Part shown: piece by piece, positions 48,331 to 58,215 of the stretch
Layout of the letters: the number at the start of each line of letters is the position of its first letter
Numbering within the stretch: position 1 is the first letter of the stretch
NCBI GenBank assembly: GCA_963699755.1
Contig: CAVOVB010000001.1
Span: forward strand, 992,001-1,056,000
Source: an uncultured delta proteobacterium
GTDB taxonomy: Bacteria > Myxococcota_A > Polyangia > Polyangiales > Houyiibacteriaceae
Length of the DNA stretch: 64,000 bases
Reading direction: 5' to 3'
Notes under the pieces: model-generated
The model's input: the letters and a program-made list of their open reading frames with translations, nothing else
Told to the model about the DNA's origin: nothing
Database searches by the model: none
Position numbers and translations under genes: made by a program

Positions 48331-49149
48331 CTATCGGAGTCGAGGGTCGAGCCGGTCTCGCAACCAGTCGCCGGTGAGATTGAAGCCGAGGACAGTTAGG
48401 GCGATTGCTCCGCCCGAGAAGAGGGCCACATGTGGAAAGCGGAGCAGCACGCTCGTCCCCTGGTCGAGCAGCGCCCCCCAGGAAACTGCTTTTCCAGGCC
48501 CAAGGCCGAGAAACGAAAGGGTCGACTCCGCTAGGATCACGACCCCCAACCCGGTCGTCGCCTGAATGACCAGCGGGCCGAGCAGGTTCGGAATCACGTG
48601 CCGGACGAGAACCTGCGGCGTGGGCACACCAAGCGCCCGGGCGGCTTCGACGAACTCTCGCTCTCTCAAGCTCAGGGTTTCGGCGCGAGCCAGTCGCGCA
48701 TAGAGGACCCAGCCATTGACTGCGAGCGCCACGATCAAGTGCATGAGGCCAGGCCTTGCGACCAGAGCAAGAACCGCGATGTTCAGCACGATTGCGGGAA
48801 AGGCTTGAACCAGGTCTGCAATGCCAGTGATTGCGTGGTCCGTTGTTCGGCCCGCGTACCCCGCCCAGGTTCCAAGCAAGGTGCCGATGAGCACCGACAC
48901 AGCGACGACGACGACGCCCACTATCGCGGCGAGCTGCGCACCGTGAAGCAGTGCGCTCAAGATGTCGATTCCATTGTCTCCGGTTCCGAGAAGATGCGAC
49001 CAGGACGGAGGGTCGTACTCGTGGAGGAGGTCGATCGCGAGCGGGTCATAGGGTGCGACCGAAGGACCCACGATTGCCAGCAGGAAGAATCCGACCACGA
49101 TCGCCAAGCCGAGCGGTGTCTTTCGAAGGCGCTTGCGGAAGCTGCTCAT
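48331..49149 (-). CDS. Peptide/nickel ABC transporter permease (DppC/OppC-like)
   Basis: HLLGTG..G.D, EFVEAARALG, HVIPN, ESTLSFLGLG. Confidence 0.93.
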   Translation of the reverse strand: MSSFRKRLRKTPLGLAIVVGFFLLAIVGPSVAPYDPLAIDLLHEYDPPSWSHLLGTGDNGIDILSALLHGAQLAAIVGVVVVAVSVLIGTLLGTWAGYAGRTTDHAITGIADLVQAFPAIVLNIAVLALVARPGLMHLIVALAVNGWVLYARLARAETLSLREREFVEAARALGVPTPQVLVRHVIPNLLGPLVIQATTGLGVVILAESTLSFLGLGPGKAVSWGALLDQGTSVLLRFPHVALFSGGAIALTVLGFNLTGDWLRDRLDPRLR

Positions 49150-50099
49150 GAAAGCCTCACCCTCGGGTCGACGAGCCCGTACGCCAAGTCGACGATCAGA
49201 TTCACGCCGACGTAGATCACCGCGATGATCAGGACGCAGCCTTGCACTACTGGGATGTCTCGAGCGAAGAACGCATCGAGAAAGAGGGTGCCAAGCCCGG
49301 GCCGTTCGAAAATCTTCTCGGTCACGACCGTCCCAGAAAGCAGTGCGCCGAGCTGGGCCGCGCCGATGGTCATGACGGGCAGGAGCGCGTTTCGAAGTGC
49401 GTGGCGGAGCAGCAAGGCTACGGAAGGGACCCCTCGAGCACGGGCAGCGGTGATGTACTGTTGGGCCAGCACCTCGATCATCGCGGCTCGGGTCTGGCGC
49501 GTCAGGATGGCGGCAAGCGCCGTACCGATCGTGATCGCGGGTAAAATCAGGGCCTCGGGGCCGGCCAGGTCATCCCCGGGCAGGGGCAGCCAACGAAGCT
49601 TCACGCCGAACGCGAGAATCAGCAGAGGTCCCAGCCAGATGTTGGGGATCGCCAATCCCGCGACGGCAACCGTCGAGGCGATCTTGTCCCAGCCCTTGCC
49701 GGCCTGGGCCGCGGCGATCGTGCCGAGCGGGATCGCGACGAACCAGGCCACCGACAAGGCGGCGATCGCCAAGAGAATCGTGTCGGGCAAGACCTCGCGC
49801 ATCATCGACCAGACCGAGCGATCGGGCTGCCTAAACGAGTCCCCCATGCTCCCATCGGCCATGTCGCCGAGGAACGATAGGTACTGCTCCCCCACCGGCC
49901 GGTCGAGATCGAGTGCGCGTCGGAGCTCGGCCTTCTCTTCCGGGCCCGCCTGGTCACCTAGAATCGCTTCGACCGGGTCACCTGGGATGAGGCGCACGAG
50001 CAGGAAGACGATCGTCACCAGCCCGACGACGGTCAAGACTGCGCGCACGAGGCGACCCGCAAGATAGCGCAAGAGGCCCGGAGACATCATCCGGACCAT
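49146..50099 (-). CDS. Peptide/nickel ABC transporter permease (DppB/OppB-like)
   Basis: PGDP, LDRP..EQY, YITAARARG, HALRNA, EKIF..PGLG, RDIPVVQG, DPR. Confidence 0.93.
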   Translation of the reverse strand: MVRMMSPGLLRYLAGRLVRAVLTVVGLVTIVFLLVRLIPGDPVEAILGDQAGPEEKAELRRALDLDRPVGEQYLSFLGDMADGSMGDSFRQPDRSVWSMMREVLPDTILLAIAALSVAWFVAIPLGTIAAAQAGKGWDKIASTVAVAGLAIPNIWLGPLLILAFGVKLRWLPLPGDDLAGPEALILPAITIGTALAAILTRQTRAAMIEVLAQQYITAARARGVPSVALLLRHALRNALLPVMTIGAAQLGALLSGTVVTEKIFERPGLGTLFLDAFFARDIPVVQGCVLIIAVIYVGVNLIVDLAYGLVDPRVRLS

Positions 50100-50143
50100 A
50101 GTACGCTCAATCGCCGTTGGCGTGGGTTTCCTGTCGAGCGGCG

Positions 50144-50623
50144 CTACATGCCAGCGTCGACCTCAACTACCGATTCCAGGGCTTCCGGATTGACGCCCGG
50201 GTCCAGGGCCACGCAGATTTTAGATTCGGCCCTGGTGCGATTGAGGTCGACGATGCGGGCAACCCGCTCGTCCAAAGGGAGGCTGGGATCGTACTTGCCA
50301 TCTCGCGTGATGCCGCTCGGGAAAGCGCAGGAATATTCGCTGCGGCCGCAGTTCGCGTTGCTGCCGCAGGTCTTCATGCACCAGGTTTCCGCGGTGCGGC
50401 TCGGGATGAACCGCCACTCGACGCAGGCCCCTTCCGGACAGGTGTCAGGGTCACAAGCAAAGATTGTGCAGTAGCCGCCAGGCTGAGAAAGGTCGCACTG
50501 CCGCTCGCCTGTGACCGAGCAATCGGTGGAATTGCCGCAGCCATCGCCAATGTGCATTTTACACCCGCTCAGCGCAAGCAGCGCAACAAAGGCCGACAAT
50601 AGGATCGTCGCGGCTCGCATCAT
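50144..50623 (-). CDS. Small cysteine-rich lipoprotein
   Basis: MMRAATILL..LSGC lipobox followed by 12 further Cys (PGGYCT, CMKTC); real start much later than the 741-aa track ORF. Confidence 0.78.
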   Translation of the reverse strand: MMRAATILLSAFVALLALSGCKMHIGDGCGNSTDCSVTGERQCDLSQPGGYCTIFACDPDTCPEGACVEWRFIPSRTAETWCMKTCGSNANCGRSEYSCAFPSGITRDGKYDPSLPLDERVARIVDLNRTRAESKICVALDPGVNPEALESVVEVDAGM

Positions 50624-50704
50624 TCGCGGCGGAGCATACGGGACCGGCACCGTGATCGCCAATCGCTCTGCGTCGGCGTCAATGGGTGTTAGATTCCCCA
50701 AAGG

Positions 50705-52819
50705 TTGAGACGTTTTTGGCTGGGGGTGGGGTTTGTGTTCCTTGTCGGCGCTGGGGCGTGGGCTGCCGATGGGCTCGAACGCGTCGCGAGCCTGGTCCGA
50801 GCCGGCGACGAGCGTGGAGCACTCGAGCAGATCGCCCTCCTGCCCGAGCAGCAGCGGGAAGAGGATGCCTTGCGCTATCTCGAGGGGCGCCTGCTCGTGG
50901 CGGTCGGCCGCTCGTGCGAGGCGATGGCGACGCTTGCACGAGCTCCCTCGAGCCTTCCGGGGTCGATCCGCGAGGACTGGCTGCAACGCTGGGCGATCGC
51001 TGCGGCGCAATGCGGACACTGCGCCGAAGCACGTCCGCTGCTCCTGGGCGCAAGCTCGACGAATCCGGCCATCACTCGACGCAATCGAGCGATTGCTGCC
51101 GATTGCGCAGTCCAGCTCGGCGAGCTCGAGACAGGCGCCGAAGAGCTCTCGAGCTTGACGCAATCGAAGAGTGGAGTCAGCAACCGAGTAGCTCTGCTCG
51201 CCGTCTTGTCGGACGTTTACATCGAGCTCCAGCGCCCCGACGATGCACAGAAGGCGGCGCTCGAGGCTTGGAAAACAGCGGTCCACCCGGGCCAGCAAAC
51301 GGCGGCGCGCAAATTGGAAGAACGCGCATCGCCGAGCCTTGCCGATCGAATCGACCGTGCCGAGGAAATGGTCGAAGCACTGCGTTTTGAAAAGGCCGTC
51401 GAGGAGCTCGAAGCGATCAAGCTCGAAGCAGACTCGGCGCTCTGGGCTCGCTGGCAGCACGTCTACGGGATGGCGCTCTTTCGTACGCGCAAGCGCTACC
51501 TGGATGCGGCGCGCGTTCTTCACCGCTCGGCATTGCTCGGCGGCCCGACCGAGATCGAAGACGCTTTCCATTCGGCACGAGCTCTGTCGCGCGCCGATCA
51601 GGACGCGCGCGCGATACGCTCGTACCGGCGGTTCGCCCAACGCTACCCTCGCGACAGGCGCGCGCCCAAGGCCCGCTTCCTGGCTGCCTGGCTCGAGGTC
51701 CGTCTCGGCCGCGCCAACGGTGAGAAGCAAATGGAAAAGCTGGTACGCGGGAAGTCCCAAGTGCGCGGCCAATGGCGCCGCTCCGCACTCTGGGAGCTCG
51801 GCTTTCGCGCATTCGAAACGCGTCGATATGCTCGAGCGGCGCGGTTCCTGACTCAGTACACCGCGCTCACGACCAGCGCAATGGACAGAGCGCGGGGCTT
51901 CTATTGGCTGGGCCGTGCCTATCGGCGCGGTCCCAGGGCGCTCGAGGCATACCGCGAGGCGATCGCCGTCGAGCCCTTGCATTGGTATGCTGTCTTGGCA
52001 GCCCAGCGCCTCAAACGACTCGAGGTCGAACCCCCGGAGCCCTTTGAAAATGCGGTCTCTCCAAGCTCTCTCGAGGTTCCCGAGGACCCGCTGCCGCTGC
52101 CGCTGACCTTCGAGTTCTATCGTCGCCTCGGCCTCGATCTCGACGGCATCGCCTGGCTGAATGCGCACGAGAACACGCTCGTTGCGGAGCGCCCGAAGTC
52201 GCAGCGCATTCCGCTCCTGGCCAAGCTCTATCGCGATGCGGGCGCCTATCGAGAAGCGCTTCTCGTGGCTCGCCGGCGCATGGTCTACCTGCAGAGCGAC
52301 CCTGCCGCCCACCGCTGGTGGTGGGATGCCGCGTACCCGATGCCCTGGCGCTCGATCGTGGACGAGCATCGAGCGGAGCTGCCACGCGCGCTAATCTACG
52401 CGACCATGCGTCAGGAAAGCGGCTTCCGTCCGGATGTGGTCAGTCGCGCCGGTGCCGTAGGGCTCATGCAGTTGATGCCGGAGCTCGCAAGCAAGCTAGC
52501 CGGCAGCGCGGTCACGCGACCGATGCTACGCGTACCCGAAACCAACATCGCTCTCGGACTCCAAGAAATGGCCGCGCTCGCCGCAGAGTTCGATCAGGTG
52601 TACCCGCTGAGCATCGCTGCCTACAACGCGGGCAAGAGCCGCGTGAGGCGCTGGATCAAGGAAAGCCAAAAGATGGAGCTCGACCGCTTCGTCGAACGCA
52701 TCCCGTTCAACGAAACGCGCAACTACGTGCGTCGCGTCAGCACCCACTACGCACGCTACTCTTACTTGGATGATCCGGCATCGGGCTGGCCAGAGCTACC
52801 CGCCTTCGTTAACCCTTGA
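50705..52819 (+). CDS. Soluble lytic murein transglycosylase (Slt70-like, TPR + SLT)
   Basis: Signal peptide, helical repeats, RQESGF, GAVGLMQLMP, AAYNAG, ETRNYV. Confidence 0.93.
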   Translation: MRRFWLGVGFVFLVGAGAWAADGLERVASLVRAGDERGALEQIALLPEQQREEDALRYLEGRLLVAVGRSCEAMATLARAPSSLPGSIREDWLQRWAIAAAQCGHCAEARPLLLGASSTNPAITRRNRAIAADCAVQLGELETGAEELSSLTQSKSGVSNRVALLAVLSDVYIELQRPDDAQKAALEAWKTAVHPGQQTAARKLEERASPSLADRIDRAEEMVEALRFEKAVEELEAIKLEADSALWARWQHVYGMALFRTRKRYLDAARVLHRSALLGGPTEIEDAFHSARALSRADQDARAIRSYRRFAQRYPRDRRAPKARFLAAWLEVRLGRANGEKQMEKLVRGKSQVRGQWRRSALWELGFRAFETRRYARAARFLTQYTALTTSAMDRARGFYWLGRAYRRGPRALEAYREAIAVEPLHWYAVLAAQRLKRLEVEPPEPFENAVSPSSLEVPEDPLPLPLTFEFYRRLGLDLDGIAWLNAHENTLVAERPKSQRIPLLAKLYRDAGAYREALLVARRRMVYLQSDPAAHRWWWDAAYPMPWRSIVDEHRAELPRALIYATMRQESGFRPDVVSRAGAVGLMQLMPELASKLAGSAVTRPMLRVPETNIALGLQEMAALAAEFDQVYPLSIAAYNAGKSRVRRWIKESQKMELDRFVERIPFNETRNYVRRVSTHYARYSYLDDPASGWPELPAFVNP

Positions 52820-52930
52820 TTTGCCAGCCCTGACGTTTTCGATAGACTGGTTCCAACGATTTGGGTTGCCCGCGATGGGACCGAAGGCCAAGAGATGGTC
52901 GGATCACCCTAGAGGGGCACGAGAATACGG

Positions 52931-53704
52931 ATGAACTTCATAGCTGCAGGGCTCTCTGACGTTGGACTACAGCGAGAGCACAACGAGGATAGCTACTGCA
53001 TCCTGTCGGAGCATCGCTTGTTCGTCGTTGCCGACGGGATGGGCGGCCACCGAGCCGGTGATGTTGCAAGCCGTATGGCGACGTCGGAGATGACAGCCTT
53101 CTTCGACGCGGCGGATGCGGACGGTCAAGGTGTGCAATGGCACGGCAAAGACGAGTTGCGCATGACACCTGACCAACGTCGCCTCGTGTCGGCTGTGAAG
53201 CTCGCCAACCAGCGAATTTTCCAAACGTCGGTTCGCAACCACTCGGTTCAAGGGATGGGGACCACGGTGGTCGGTGCCTTGTTCAACCGAAACGAGCGCA
53301 AGATCAACGTTGCGCACGTCGGCGACAGCAGGGCCTATCGGGTCCGCGCTGGCAAGATCACCCAGCTCACTCGAGATCATTCCCTATTGAATGACTACTT
53401 GCTCGTCATGCCAAACCTTTCGGATGCACAAAAGGAGCGACTTCCTAGCAATGTGATCACGCGCGCCCTCGGAATGCAGCAGGCGGTCGCCGTGGATCTG
53501 TCGGTCGAAAGCGTCGAGCCGGGGGACGTCTACGTGCTCTGTTCCGATGGCCTCAACGGGATGGTGAGCGATGATCGAATCTGCGAAATCGTACACGAGG
53601 CCGGCGCAGACGTTGAGACGGCCGCAAAGACTTTGATTTCCCAAGCCAATCAGAACGGGGGCGAGGACAACATCACTGTCGTCGTCGTTCGGATCACCGA
53701 ATAG
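52931..53704 (+). CDS. PP2C-type Ser/Thr protein phosphatase
   Basis: SDVG..R..NEDS, VADGMGGH, MGTT, HVGDSR, CSDGL, GGEDNIT. Confidence 0.95.
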   Translation: MNFIAAGLSDVGLQREHNEDSYCILSEHRLFVVADGMGGHRAGDVASRMATSEMTAFFDAADADGQGVQWHGKDELRMTPDQRRLVSAVKLANQRIFQTSVRNHSVQGMGTTVVGALFNRNERKINVAHVGDSRAYRVRAGKITQLTRDHSLLNDYLLVMPNLSDAQKERLPSNVITRALGMQQAVAVDLSVESVEPGDVYVLCSDGLNGMVSDDRICEIVHEAGADVETAAKTLISQANQNGGEDNITVVVVRITE

Positions 53705-53706
53705 AC

Positions 53707-54201
53707 ATGCCGAAGAATTTCGCGATCCGGCAACTGCTGGACTGCTCGGAACAAGAATTCTGGGACCAGATCTTTCGCAGCGAAGATTTCAATCACTACT
53801 TGTACGAGGGCCTAGGCTTCGAGTACGAGCTTCAGGAATGGAATCCGGAAACCGGCTACCGGCGAGCGAGGGTCTGGCCTGCGCAGCAGATGCCGCGAGC
53901 CGTCGCAAGAGTTCTCGGCGATCGCTTCAGCTACATCGAAGAAGGCAAGCTCGACTCATCGACCAGGCGCTACGAGTTCATCGTCATTCCCTCGACCATC
54001 GCCGACAGGATTCGAGTGACCGGGACCGTGAGCATCGAGCCGGTCTCGCCCGAGCAGTGCGAACGCTGCGTGAGACTCGACATCGGCGCGGACGTTCTCG
54101 GCTTCGGCCGCCTCATCGAAACGTACTTCGCCGCTGCGACTCGGGCGCAGTACGCGAAGAACGCGGCGCTGGTCAACGATTATCTAGCAGGGCGGCGTTA
54201 G
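53707..54201 (+). CDS. DUF2505-like (START/SRPBCC-fold) protein
   Basis: DCS..EFW, SYIEEG, GTVSIEP, FGFGRLIE pattern. Confidence 0.6.
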   Translation: MPKNFAIRQLLDCSEQEFWDQIFRSEDFNHYLYEGLGFEYELQEWNPETGYRRARVWPAQQMPRAVARVLGDRFSYIEEGKLDSSTRRYEFIVIPSTIADRIRVTGTVSIEPVSPEQCERCVRLDIGADVLGFGRLIETYFAAATRAQYAKNAALVNDYLAGRR

Positions 54202-55907
54202 CGGCCAGCTGGTCGTCCGCCTTTTCGGGGATCGCTTGCGGCGTCGAGCCGCTGTTCTGCGGATTGTTCGATTTGAATGAGTTGTACGTTTGCAACGTTG
54301 TGAATCGGCTCTACTTCGTGACCGCGAGCGATGAGCGCGTCTCGTAGCTCCGGGTCCAAAGGAGCAAGGTCCTCCACGCGAAGCGTTTCGGGCACTCCCT
54401 GATGATGAATGCGGGGCGCTGCCACGGCCTGCGCTGCGTTCATGTGTTGCAGCAAGACGTTCATGGCTACCTGCTCGGTGGCGGTGACGATCCGGCTTCC
54501 GCCGGACGCGCCCACGCAGAGCACGGGACGGCCGTTCTCGAGCACGATCGTGGGGGACATCGTCGATACTGGACGCTTCCAAGGTCCTGGCATGTTCCGG
54601 GCCCCACCCACGAGGCCGAAGGCATTTGCTTCTCCGATACCGCTCGCGAAGTCGTCCATCTCGTCGTTCATGACGATTCCCCCGCCCGTGAAACGGGCCC
54701 CAAAAGGCAGGTTAACCGTCGTCGTCACCGAGGCCACATTCCCCTCGGCGTCGACGACGCAAAGATGAGAGGTGCCAGCGTGGTCCGGCGCACTGACCTT
54801 GGCTCCTGCCCATTCGATTGGCATGTCGTAGGCGGAGCTCGGGTGAGCTCGGCCGTCCGCGGCGAGCTTGGCGCGCGCGTCGATCCGCGACTCGTTCATC
54901 ATCTTGTCGAGCGGTAAGATCACCTGGTCTGGGTCACCGAAGTAGCGCTGGCGATCGACGAACGGCCCCTTCCACGACTCGGCCATCGCGTGCAGCAGGG
55001 CTTCACCAGCGATCGGTTTCGAGCCGACCACCCGCTCGAGAATGGAGAGGCTTTGGATCATCGTGAATCCGCCGGCGCTCGGCGGAGGCGCGGTCACCCA
55101 GCGGTATCCGAATGCGTTTGCCGCCAGCGGCTCCCGAGTCCGTACTCTGTACGCTCGCAGGTCCTGCAAGGTCATGATTCCGCCGTGTTCCTGAACCGAT
55201 GCAGCGATCTCCTGGCCGATGACACCGCCATAGATCACGGCCGCGCCTTTCTCGGCAAAGGCGCGGAGCACTCGGGCTAGGCCCGGACGTCGCAAGATCG
55301 AGCCGGGCCGCAGGTCCCAGCTCGCCATGATCGGATCCTTTTTCAACTGAACCGCGAAGGCGCTTCCCATGGCGCCGAGCGCTTTGCTCACCTCGGAACC
55401 CTGCTCGGCGAGTCGTAGCGCAGGCGCAACGACCTCGCGCAGCGGCAGCTTACCGAAGCGCTCGACCAGGGCCACGATGCCAGCGGGCTCTCCAGGAACC
55501 CCGACCGCGAGGCCCCCGAGCTGTGACGGAGAGCTTGCAGGGCCTTCAGGTCGCTCGCCTTCGACCTCGAACATCGTCCGGCTCGCGGCGCGGGGAGCGC
55601 GCTCACGGAAGTCGAGGAAGGTCAGCGAACCGTCCGCGGCCCTGTAGTAGAGAGCGAACCCCCCACCGCCTAGGCCGCTGCTTGCGGGGTTGACCGCACC
55701 GAGGGCAAGCATCGTGGCGGCCGCTGCGTCGGCGGCGTTTCCTCCCGCAGCGAGAATTTCAGCACCTGCCTCCGAGGCCTCCACGTGATCCGCCGCGACC
55801 GCCTCCCGCTTGAAAATCGCGGCGTGCTCCGGCGGAAAGCCGACCGCCAGGCCCGTCATCAGCAACGCTGAAACACAGCCAAGCGCAATGGATAGCCAGC
55901 GTTTCAT
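54198..55907 (-). CDS. ggt: Gamma-glutamyltransferase
   Basis: Signal peptide; GGNAADAA, SSGLGGG, DFRE, catalytic Thr in GTSHL, NDEMDDF, STMSP, SDPRKGG. Confidence 0.95.
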   Translation of the reverse strand: MKRWLSIALGCVSALLMTGLAVGFPPEHAAIFKREAVAADHVEASEAGAEILAAGGNAADAAAATMLALGAVNPASSGLGGGGFALYYRAADGSLTFLDFRERAPRAASRTMFEVEGERPEGPASSPSQLGGLAVGVPGEPAGIVALVERFGKLPLREVVAPALRLAEQGSEVSKALGAMGSAFAVQLKKDPIMASWDLRPGSILRRPGLARVLRAFAEKGAAVIYGGVIGQEIAASVQEHGGIMTLQDLRAYRVRTREPLAANAFGYRWVTAPPPSAGGFTMIQSLSILERVVGSKPIAGEALLHAMAESWKGPFVDRQRYFGDPDQVILPLDKMMNESRIDARAKLAADGRAHPSSAYDMPIEWAGAKVSAPDHAGTSHLCVVDAEGNVASVTTTVNLPFGARFTGGGIVMNDEMDDFASGIGEANAFGLVGGARNMPGPWKRPVSTMSPTIVLENGRPVLCVGASGGSRIVTATEQVAMNVLLQHMNAAQAVAAPRIHHQGVPETLRVEDLAPLDPELRDALIARGHEVEPIHNVANVQLIQIEQSAEQRLDAASDPRKGGRPAGR

Positions 55908-55955
55908 CGTTCCCACCTTGCCTCCAAAGCAGCCCCGGTGCTACCGAAGAGCCTC

Positions 55956-56909
55956 ATGCACTTCGTCTTCGTCATGGACCCAGTGTCGACCGTCATCGTC
56001 GACGAGGATACCAGCTTCATCCTGATGCTCGAATCACAGGCGCGAGGTCATCGTGTCGACCACTGCTTGGCAAGTGACGTAGGCCTTCGTGGCCGTCGAG
56101 TGGTCGCGCGGGTCCGTAGGGCGACCATGCAGCTCGACGCGAAGGAACCGATCCGATTGGGCAAGGCCGAAGACATCGACTTGGTGGATGTCGATGCGGT
56201 ATTCGTCCGAAAGGACCCGCCATTCACCGATGCGTACCTCTGGCTGACGCTCGTGCTCGATCACCTGGAGGGCAGCACCCTGGTGGTCAATGACCCAAGA
56301 GGCCTCCGCGAGGCCAACGAGAAGCTCTATGCCCACCACTTTCCAGAGATCGTCCCAGCGACGATCATGACGAGTCACAAGGACGAGATCCTTCGATTCC
56401 TGAGTGACATGGGCGGCAAGGCCGTGATCAAACCGATCGATGGTCACGGTGGCGAAGGTGTGTTCCTTCTCAGCAATGGGGACAGCAACCTCAACGCGCT
56501 GATCGAATCGGTGACCCATCTAGGCGCGAGGAATGCGATCGTGCAAGCGTTGATCCCCGAGGTGTACGAAGAGGGGGACAAGCGAATTCTGCTCGTTGAC
56601 GGCGAGATCCTCGGCGTTGTCGGACGTGTCCCGAGCAAAGGCGACCTTCGGAGCAATGTGCACGTTGGAGGGTCTGCGGCGCCGGCCGAGGTCAGTGATG
56701 CGGATCGAGAGATCGTCGAAACGATCGCGCCGCGTCTGCGTTCCGATCGGCTCTTTTTCGTGGGCCTCGATGTGATTGGCGGCAAGCTCATCGAGGTGAA
56801 CGTCACCAGCCCAACGCTCCTTCAGCAGATGTCACGCCTCGTCGGAGAGAACCTTTCCGCGATCGTCATCGATCGGCTCGAAGAGAAGGTCCGCGCCTAC
56901 CCGAGCTGA
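55956..56909 (+). CDS. gshB: Glutathione synthetase
   Basis: FVMDP, DTS, RKDPP, ANEK, GDKRI, RSNVHVGG, EVNVTSP. Confidence 0.94.
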   Translation: MHFVFVMDPVSTVIVDEDTSFILMLESQARGHRVDHCLASDVGLRGRRVVARVRRATMQLDAKEPIRLGKAEDIDLVDVDAVFVRKDPPFTDAYLWLTLVLDHLEGSTLVVNDPRGLREANEKLYAHHFPEIVPATIMTSHKDEILRFLSDMGGKAVIKPIDGHGGEGVFLLSNGDSNLNALIESVTHLGARNAIVQALIPEVYEEGDKRILLVDGEILGVVGRVPSKGDLRSNVHVGGSAAPAEVSDADREIVETIAPRLRSDRLFFVGLDVIGGKLIEVNVTSPTLLQQMSRLVGENLSAIVIDRLEEKVRAYPS

Positions 56910-56912
56910 AGC

Positions 56913-57266
56913 TCAGCTCGAGGCGATTCGGACTGCTGCGGAAGCTCCGGCACCTGCGATCGCTGCCACCGCCACCGCCACCAGGAGTGAGACCGTCGGG
57001 CTCATCAAGTCCAGGCCGTCGAGGATGAGCCCGGTCATCCCGAAGAACGAGACAAAGAAGGTCCAGAACCTCCGCGATCGCACTGTCCGCGCGAAATAGT
57101 CACCACCCGCCACCCCGTCGAGCTGACCGAACTGACTCGCACGGGTCGTGTCGTCGTGTGCTCGCGTCTGATCGTCCGAATCAACGCGCTTCTCGCCGAG
57201 GAAGAGCGCTGAGCCGAGGAGCACGGCTCCGAGCACCAGGGACAGAATGTAGACGTTGATGAGCAT
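56913..57266 (-). CDS. Small membrane protein (three hydrophobic helices)
   Basis: MLINVYILSLVLG..; acidic loop; RFWTFF..FFGMTG; co-oriented after the mevalonate genes. Confidence 0.6.
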   Translation of the reverse strand: MLINVYILSLVLGAVLLGSALFLGEKRVDSDDQTRAHDDTTRASQFGQLDGVAGGDYFARTVRSRRFWTFFVSFFGMTGLILDGLDLMSPTVSLLVAVAVAAIAGAGASAAVRIASS

Positions 57267-57282
57267 TCGAAGCTTCCCAGCA

Positions 57283-58215
57283 TCAAAAGGCTTGCACGCC
57301 AATTGCGCCCCAGGAGACCTCGATAGGATGCAGCCCTTCGTCTTTGCAGGCCAGCTCAAACCGGTTCGCAGCAGCCCGGTCGATGAAGAATGCGATGGCG
57401 ACGTCTCCGCCGCCGGCGCCGCAAGGCTTCGCGCTCCCTGAAAATCCGGCTGCAAGCTCGGCAGCACGCCTCAGCCGGGCATCGAGGATGGGGGCGCCAG
57501 CCGACTGCCCCAGCATGCCCATGGTAGCAGCGTAGGAGGCCGCCTCGGCAACGACCGCCGGCGCATTGCCGCTCTCGAAGGCGGATGCGAATCGAGCCGA
57601 GATCTCTGAAAGCCGGTCCATGCACTCGCGATACCGGCGCGGGTCCCTGCGTCGGAGCGCATTCACATGTTTGACGAGCTCGCTGGTTCGTGCGGCGTGC
57701 CCCGTCCAAACGAGGGAAATTTCCAACTCGTCTGGGCACCGAAGGGCATGTGTGTCCACTCGATCGCCGTGCCGCTCGAACCTCAGGAATCCCCCGAAGG
57801 CCGAGGCCGCAACGTCGACGCCACTGCCTTGCGGAGCGATCGAGGAATGACCTTCCAAGGCGCAGGCGAAGACTTGCTGCAAGGTGTCTGGGTGGGTCAG
57901 ATCGTAGCCATGCGACGCGAAGACCGCTGCGGCCGCGCCGACGGCGGCGGCTGCGGATGAGCCCAAGCCGAGCTTGATGCGATCCTGATAGAGGTCGCTG
58001 GCGTGCACGCGCAGCGACCGGCCGACGGGACCGAGCGCAGCTCGCGCAACTGCAAGCGTGGTCTCAACCTCTGGTGGCATCGCCGAGCGATCCTCGATCC
58101 AGGTTACCGTGACGCGCCGATCGACCGCCGCGACGACCGCGGGCGCACCTTCGAGCACTGCGTATTCCCCACAAAGCAGTGCCTTCCCCGGTGCACTCGC
58201 ACCCCTCAGGGTCAC
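57283..58215 (-). CDS. Phosphomevalonate kinase (GHMP family)
   Basis: APGK..GEYAVL, KLGLGSSAA, GSGVDVAAS, KPCGAGGGD. Confidence 0.85.
   Translation of the reverse strand: MTLRGASAPGKALLCGEYAVLEGAPAVVAAVDRRVTVTWIEDRSAMPPEVETTLAVARAALGPVGRSLRVHASDLYQDRIKLGLGSSAAAAVGAAAAVFASHGYDLTHPDTLQQVFACALEGHSSIAPQGSGVDVAASAFGGFLRFERHGDRVDTHALRCPDELEISLVWTGHAARTSELVKHVNALRRRDPRRYRECMDRLSEISARFASAFESGNAPAVVAEAASYAATMGMLGQSAGAPILDARLRRAAELAAGFSGSAKPCGAGGGDVAIAFFIDRAAANRFELACKDEGLHPIEVSWGAIGVQAF

Noticed and set aside
50624..52369. N-terminal ~580 aa of the 741-aa minus-strand ORF
   Set aside because: Antisense shadow of the Slt gene; only the last 159 aa (lipobox, Cys-rich) look like a real protein.
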